From Parcubacteria group bacterium (GTDB lineage Bacteria > Patescibacteriota > Minisyncoccia > Moranbacterales > UBA11712), in the NCBI GenBank assembly GCA_041659065.1, contig JBAZYY010000001.1:1-58846 (forward strand): a DNA stretch of 58,846 nucleotides, written 5' to 3'. This document shows positions 53,772 through 58,846 of the stretch, piece by piece. The position numbers and the translations under genes are program-made. Every line of letters starts with the position of its first letter. Within the stretch, counting starts at the first letter, position 1. The notes below the pieces were generated by a model. It had not been told where the DNA came from. It saw only the letters and a program-made list of their open reading frames with translations, and did not search any database.

Positions 53772-54662
53772 TTGAAAAATAAAAATCAAAAATCACCGAT
53801 AAAAAAAATCTTCCTGGCTTCGCTGCTATTATTCTTTTTTTGTTTTATGGGGGCGAAGATGGCGGAAGCCCAAACTCTCAAGATTGGATTCGTGGCGGAC
53901 TGGGAGTATGGCAGCCAAAGAAAATATGACCACAAATCTCCTTCCAAGGCCAAGAAATACCTGAAGCGCGCGGTGAATTATTATAATTCAATTTATAAGC
54001 CGGACCTGGCGATTGGCGGGGGGGATTATATTCTCAGCCGAAAAATTAGCAAGAAAAAAGCAAAAAAGCAGTTGAAGGAAGTAACTAAAATATTTAACGG
54101 AGTCAACGCGCCCAAGATGTACTGCATCGGCAATCATGATCTTTTTGATTTAAAAAAGCCGGAGGCGATGGGAATCCTGGGTTTGGAATATAATTATAAT
54201 TCAAAAGACATTGGGGGCGTGAGAGTTATCACCTTGGACACCAATGAAGACGACAGCGACGGGGCAGCAGGCAGAGTGTCGCAAGCCCAGCTTGACTGGC
54301 TGGAAAAACAGCTCGAAACCGAGCTTCCCGTGATTGTTTTTTCGCATCATAGCCCGGTTTTGACTCCAAATGGGAAAAAATTCAGGATGAATTTATATCA
54401 ACCCGAGCAGTTGATGTCAGTTCTTGAAAAAAACGGAAATGTGGTGGCAATGTTCAGCGGCCATCGAAACGTGAATTATATGACGGAGGTGAACGGAATC
54501 AGCTATGTGATAATAAACAATCTCGGTGACACAAAAGCCTTGGGGAGTTTCGCGAAAATTAATATCGAGACTTCAGAGGATAATCAGGTGACTGTGCATG
54601 TGGAACAACTCGGGAAAAAGCCGACAAGCTACGATTTTTCAAAAATATTAAAATCAAATTAA
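53772..54662 (+). CDS. Secreted metallophosphoesterase (calcineurin-like)
   Basis: Signal peptide, then GGGDY, GNHD, SHHSP and SGHRN motifs. TTG start with AAGGA 7 nt upstream. Confidence 0.83.
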   Translation: MKNKNQKSPIKKIFLASLLLFFFCFMGAKMAEAQTLKIGFVADWEYGSQRKYDHKSPSKAKKYLKRAVNYYNSIYKPDLAIGGGDYILSRKISKKKAKKQLKEVTKIFNGVNAPKMYCIGNHDLFDLKKPEAMGILGLEYNYNSKDIGGVRVITLDTNEDDSDGAAGRVSQAQLDWLEKQLETELPVIVFSHHSPVLTPNGKKFRMNLYQPEQLMSVLEKNGNVVAMFSGHRNVNYMTEVNGISYVIINNLGDTKALGSFAKINIETSEDNQVTVHVEQLGKKPTSYDFSKILKSN

Positions 54663-54670
54663 AATAAAAA

Positions 54671-55873
54671 ATGAAAAAAACGTTGGTAAAATCTATCCTC
54701 TTAGCGACATTGCTTTGTCTAATGGCTAGCTTTTGCGTCTCAAGCGCATTAGCAAATACCTCGCAATGGAAAAACCTTTCCGGGAAAAATGGAAAGGGAG
54801 GTATCATCAATAAAAAGAAAGGAACAGAAACGAATATTTGCGCGGGATCCAACGGAAGAATATATGCCACTTTCCAGGATAATTCCAAGCAAGCGCGTGT
54901 TAAAGCTTACAGTAGCGGCGTATGGTCGGATTTGGCTGATCAAAATAGTCCGAATGGGCATATAAGCCAGGGAGAGGCTGCAAATTCATATTTAGAAACC
55001 AGAGGGGAAGAAACTTACGCCGCTTTTACGGATTACAGCCAGGGTGGAAAAATCAGGGTTAGAAAATGGGGTGGGAGTAATTGGGCGGATTTGGCAGATT
55101 ATAAATTTTCTCAAGGACTGATAAGTACCGGGGAGGGAGTCGAGCCAATCCTGGCCTTTGACAAGGCGCAGCAAAATTTGTATGCTGCCTTTTTGGACAA
55201 GGGACTTGAGGGGCGAACAAAAATAATGAAGTGGAGCATTTTACGGTTAGACTGGAGCGACGTGGGAAGTGGAGGCATCTTAGGCGATTTGACTTCTGCC
55301 GAGGTTGATCTTGCTGCCTCAAAGAAGGACGACAGTATTTATGCCGCATTTGAAGATTTTTCGATGGGTGGCAGGATCAGGGTTCAAAAATGGAACGGAA
55401 CTAGCTGGCAGAATATATCTGACAAAAACCATATGGATGGGATCATAAGTCCAAGGCAAGGATATAGCCCATCGCTCGCAGTGGATGCAAATGATAACAT
55501 CTATCTCGTCTATGGCGGAAAAAATCAAAAAGGAACGTACGTGTGGAAATGGGATGGACAAGTCTGGAGCGAACCGGGCGGTGGAGTTTTGGTAAAAGGC
55601 AGATCAAAAGAAGGGACAGTCGAGGTGGATTCAAATGAGAACGCTTATGTAGCTTTTTCGCAAAAAGTTGGAGGCCTAAGCTGGAAGGTAGCGGTTAAAA
55701 AATGGGACGGAAGCAGCTGGTCGGATACGAAATATAGAGGCAAAAAATATTTAACCAAGGGGAAAGGAATGGGCGACCCCGCGTTAAGTTTTGCCGACGG
55801 ACGGCTTTATGTTTCATTTACCGACGCGAAGCATAAAAATAAACCAAGAGTGATGGAACTTAATACCGAGTAG
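54671..55873 (+). CDS. Secreted repeat protein, probable beta-propeller (possible lectin)
   Basis: Signal peptide plus about 7 repeats of about 50 aa with the pattern Y-A-A-F-x-D-x(3-5)-G-(K/R)-I-R-V-x-K-W-x-G-x-x-W. Confidence 0.72.
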   Translation: MKKTLVKSILLATLLCLMASFCVSSALANTSQWKNLSGKNGKGGIINKKKGTETNICAGSNGRIYATFQDNSKQARVKAYSSGVWSDLADQNSPNGHISQGEAANSYLETRGEETYAAFTDYSQGGKIRVRKWGGSNWADLADYKFSQGLISTGEGVEPILAFDKAQQNLYAAFLDKGLEGRTKIMKWSILRLDWSDVGSGGILGDLTSAEVDLAASKKDDSIYAAFEDFSMGGRIRVQKWNGTSWQNISDKNHMDGIISPRQGYSPSLAVDANDNIYLVYGGKNQKGTYVWKWDGQVWSEPGGGVLVKGRSKEGTVEVDSNENAYVAFSQKVGGLSWKVAVKKWDGSSWSDTKYRGKKYLTKGKGMGDPALSFADGRLYVSFTDAKHKNKPRVMELNTE

Positions 55874-55875
55874 AG

Positions 55876-57546
55876 ATGCTGGATTACCTGAAAAAAAACT
55901 ATAAAAGCATAATATTCGCACTTGTAATATTGATCGCGATTGGACTAAGAACCTGGCATTTTCATGACTGGCTTTTCTTTAAAATGGATCAGGCGCGGGA
56001 TTCAATGCTCGTGAACGAGGCATATCAAAAGGGGTCGGGATACCTCCCGCTCCTTGGGCCAAAGGCCGGGGGTACGCAAGCTAATGTCGGTCCGGCTTTT
56101 TATTATTTTCAGTATATCCCAACCGTGATATTCCATAGCAATCAGCCGGATGTGATGGCGTATTCCGATTTGCTTTTTTCGATACTTTCAATCTTCCTGC
56201 TTTACGCGCTCTTCAAGAAATACTTCAGTCGGGATTGGTCAATGATCCTGGTTTCCGCCTATGCTTTATGCTTTTTGGGCATCCAATATTCGCGTTTTGC
56301 CTGGAATCCAAACTCGCTTCCGTTCTTCAATATCCTTTTCTTTTACTCCTTACTTAGCGTTTTTGATGAAAAGGTAAAATACCGTTTGCGCTGGGCGCTT
56401 GCGGCGGGTTTTTCTTTCGCCATTTCCACCCAGCTTCATTTTCTTTCTTTTTTCACTTTGCCGCTTATTACCCTGATATTCCTATATTTCAACCGCAAGA
56501 ACGCGAGAAGATACCTGAATTGGAAAATTATCGCCATATTTATTTTTATTGCCGCGCTGATTTATGTGCCGGTAATTGCAAACGAAATTCATAGCCACGG
56601 CCATGCGGTAAAAGAATTTATAAAAGCGCTTCACAGCAAGCCGGATAACCATACTTTTTTCAAAAAAATAGTCCGGGACGTCAGGTACTTTGGCCAAAAC
56701 TGGTTCATTATTTTCGCAGGGTATATTAGCAAAAAGAAAGAGTTGGCCGGGTCGGCTGTAGCCTGGATAATATTTATAATTCCGGCGATAGTGTTGAACT
56801 ATCTGTCCTGGAAAAAAGAAAAAGATAACGTTAAGAAAAATTTTTTACTCATTACTTTAATCTGGTTTCCGACGTATTTACTGGCTTATATCCCAATTGC
56901 CTATGATATCCGTCCGCGTTTTTTTCTGCCGATGTTATTTCTGCCCTTCGCGTATCTGGGGTACATTGCAAATTTTTTAGCAGGCCGGAAGCAAAAGATT
57001 CTTCAGGCGCTGGCGTACTTAATAGTCATTGCGATAATCGCGGGAAATCTGATTGGAACTTGCTTATGGTTTCGGGAAATAATGGCAGCTCAAAAAAAAG
57101 GAGTTTATCCTTCGCGAACTATAATTTTAAAATCTCAGGATGGCATCGTACTGTGGCATTTGGAAAAAGCAACGGAATATATGGCCGAAAATTGCAGTTC
57201 CGAGAGGATATACTACTATTCAAATTCCGAATATAAGAGGCCAATCAAGTATCTTCTGAGTCTCAAAGGAAAGGATCCTGTTTCAGTGATGAATATGGAA
57301 AAAGGCGGTGAAAATTGCGTATTCGCCACGTATCTCACGCGGGCGAAGAAGCTAAAGCTGTCTCCGGTGCTGGCGGATAAATTCGATATTGAGAGCACCC
57401 AGAAATTCGGGGCATTAAGCGTTGACAAACTCGTTCTCAGGGAAGGATTCGTGGGTCAGGAGCTAAATCTCAAAAAACAAAAGGATGAAGATGCGGCCGA
57501 AAAAGCGGACAGGCTTTATTGGAAAGACGTAATAAAAAAATTCTAA
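55876..57546 (+). CDS. GT-C fold membrane glycosyltransferase (ArnT/PMT_2-like)
   Basis: 556 aa, polytopic. HDWLFFKMDQARD and RFAWNPNSLPFF strings. The start is 2 nt after the previous stop. Confidence 0.78.
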   Translation: MLDYLKKNYKSIIFALVILIAIGLRTWHFHDWLFFKMDQARDSMLVNEAYQKGSGYLPLLGPKAGGTQANVGPAFYYFQYIPTVIFHSNQPDVMAYSDLLFSILSIFLLYALFKKYFSRDWSMILVSAYALCFLGIQYSRFAWNPNSLPFFNILFFYSLLSVFDEKVKYRLRWALAAGFSFAISTQLHFLSFFTLPLITLIFLYFNRKNARRYLNWKIIAIFIFIAALIYVPVIANEIHSHGHAVKEFIKALHSKPDNHTFFKKIVRDVRYFGQNWFIIFAGYISKKKELAGSAVAWIIFIIPAIVLNYLSWKKEKDNVKKNFLLITLIWFPTYLLAYIPIAYDIRPRFFLPMLFLPFAYLGYIANFLAGRKQKILQALAYLIVIAIIAGNLIGTCLWFREIMAAQKKGVYPSRTIILKSQDGIVLWHLEKATEYMAENCSSERIYYYSNSEYKRPIKYLLSLKGKDPVSVMNMEKGGENCVFATYLTRAKKLKLSPVLADKFDIESTQKFGALSVDKLVLREGFVGQELNLKKQKDEDAAEKADRLYWKDVIKKF

Positions 57547-57695
57547 ATTCTAAATTCTAATTTCTAATTTTGAATCAAATTTCGGCGGCTAAAGTTTGAA
57601 TTTCGAAATTATGCAATTCAAAATTGATTAAAAATTTAAAATTCCCGCCCGCTTCGACTCGCGAAGCGAGTCGGGCAGGCAAAATTCAAAATTTC
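57541..57695. repeat. Intergenic repeat block: 7-mer tandem (ATTCTAA-like), AT-rich palindromes and a GC hairpin
   Basis: ATTCTAA is present in about 3 tandem copies plus degenerate copies. There is an AATTTCGAAATT palindrome and a CGACTCGC-GAA-GCGAGTCG hairpin. The architecture (AT-rich words ending ...AAATTC followed by a GC hairpin) resembles the right end of the 23S insertion. Confidence 0.5.
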
Positions 57696-57716
57696 AAGGA
57701 GATATTTGATTGGAAA

Positions 57717-58846
57717 TTGGGACTTTTTCTGCTGGCAATCGCAGTTGGTATATTTTTGCGGGTTTATCAATTTGGGGATTGGCTTTATTTCAAGCTCGAT
57801 CAGGCTCGGGATGCTTTTGTGATTTCGAATGCGTATTTCAACGGACCAGGGGCTCTGCCGCTGCTGGGGCCTAGGGCGGGGGGCACTACTTTACTCTTAG
57901 GGCCGGCTTACTACTACTTTCAGTATTTTGCCCTGCTGCTCACTCGTAATCTTTGTCCCACAACGTACGCATTGCCGGATATTACATTTTCTATCCTTTC
58001 GATCCCGCTGTTCTATATATTCCTAAAGAAATATTTCAGCCGGGATTGGTCTCTGGGGCTGGCTTCAGCTTACGCTGTTTGTTTTTTTGCGATTGAGTAT
58101 TCCCGTTTTGCCTGGAATCCGAATCCGCTGCCCTTTTTTACGATCTTGTACTTCTTTTCAATTCTCAACGCGCTGGATGAAAGAAGTTGCCACCCTTGGA
58201 TTTGGCTGACAATTTCCGCTGTGGCGCTGGCTATAGCCACTCAGCTCCATTTCTTGGCCTTTCTCGCATTACCGACGGTCACAATTCTTTTTCTGGTATT
58301 TTCGAGAAAGCAAGTCAAAAAGACTTTGGGCTTGGGGAAAATAATATTTTTCATCGGTATATTTTTATTTTCTTATCTGCCGTGGATCCTTAACGACCTA
58401 TCCGCGAATTGGAAAAACACGCGATTATTTTGGAAAGCGGTATTGATAAAATTATTCAGTGCAACCCTGCTTGAGGATATTATTACCGGCATGGCCAATT
58501 TTGCGCATAACTGGCTGGTGGTTCTTACCGGTTATTTGCCCGGCAGCAAGAATATTGCGATAGCCTTGGCAATTTGGATAGTTTTCGTCATTCCTGCAAT
58601 TTATGCGGGCTTCCGTTTATATCGGAGCGAAAAAGATTTCGCCAAAAAATCATTCATTTTACTCTCGATTTTGTGGATATTGGTGTTTTTGGTTATAGAT
58701 ATTCCTATCGGACACCAATTATGGCCAAGATTTTTCATGGGTACGCTTGTAATCCCTTTCATTTTCCTTGGCTATTATCTGCAGTACTTTACCGAGAGAA
58801 TCAAGAGATTCAGGGCTTATATTTTTGTGGCGGCATTAACCATCGT
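57717..58846 (+). CDS. GT-C fold membrane glycosyltransferase, tandem paralog of 55876-57546, truncated by the window end
   Basis: Open frame with no stop from 57600 to 58846, absent from the ORF track. It translates to ...GDWLYFKLDQARDAF...GPRAGG...RFAWNPNPLPFF..., collinear with the upstream paralog. The start is uncertain (TTG at 57717 assumed). Confidence 0.7.
   Translation, partial: MGLFLLAIAVGIFLRVYQFGDWLYFKLDQARDAFVISNAYFNGPGALPLLGPRAGGTTLLLGPAYYYFQYFALLLTRNLCPTTYALPDITFSILSIPLFYIFLKKYFSRDWSLGLASAYAVCFFAIEYSRFAWNPNPLPFFTILYFFSILNALDERSCHPWIWLTISAVALAIATQLHFLAFLALPTVTILFLVFSRKQVKKTLGLGKIIFFIGIFLFSYLPWILNDLSANWKNTRLFWKAVLIKLFSATLLEDIITGMANFAHNWLVVLTGYLPGSKNIAIALAIWIVFVIPAIYAGFRLYRSEKDFAKKSFILLSILWILVFLVIDIPIGHQLWPRFFMGTLVIPFIFLGYYLQYFTERIKRFRAYIFVAALTI

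Overview
The window comes from a low-GC, tightly packed bacterial genome. An rRNA-gene insertion, many TTG/GTG starts and many GT-C enzymes fit a Patescibacteria/CPR-type organism, but that is inference. It opens with the 3' part of a 23S rRNA gene carrying a 146-nt palindromic insertion. A 5S rRNA gene, an exact duplicate of a 5S fragment and a terminator follow. Housekeeping genes come next: a cupin, dnaE, rnhB and rpmF. From about 8 kb to the end almost everything is cell-envelope glycan machinery. This includes an ABC-2 (Wzm/TagG-type) permease about 8.7 kb away from a Wzt/TagH-type ATPase. It also includes three SAM methyltransferases plus one decayed copy, and at least 10 GT2/GT4 glycosyltransferases, one with a perfect 42-bp tandem repeat in a coiled coil. 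There are up to six polytopic candidate GT-C membrane proteins (two assigned only tentatively), two polyprenol-phosphate GT2s and a GtrA-like protein. Sugar-nucleotide genes comprise a CDP-3,6-dideoxyhexose cassette with a TPP-dependent branching-type enzyme (rfbF-rfbG-TPP enzyme-reductase-rfbH) and a UDP-GlcA decarboxylase/GalE pair. Accessory inserts are a TrpR/YerC-like regulator flanked by a recurring 24-nt motif, a Trp-Trp mini-ORF, a secreted lipase-like protein and a GC-rich orphan two-gene island. There is also an AAA+ (DUF4143-type) ATPase and an AbiEi/AbiEii cassette bracketed by diverged 126-nt direct repeats. The signals I consider most worth follow-up are listed below. (1) An identical 23-nt perfect palindrome sits inside two different GT4 genes in different reading frames. 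(2) The 23S insertion has inverted termini and a 6-bp flanking duplication. (3) The AbiE cassette looks like a Campbell-type integration. (4) The GT2 coiled-coil tandem repeat, the Wzt carbohydrate-binding-type tail and the methyltransferases suggest a capped, length-measured glycan. (5) The branched dideoxyhexose cassette lacks an E3 reductase. I recognised no tRNA, CRISPR array, transposase or integrase. All family calls come from motif recognition by eye, with no database search.
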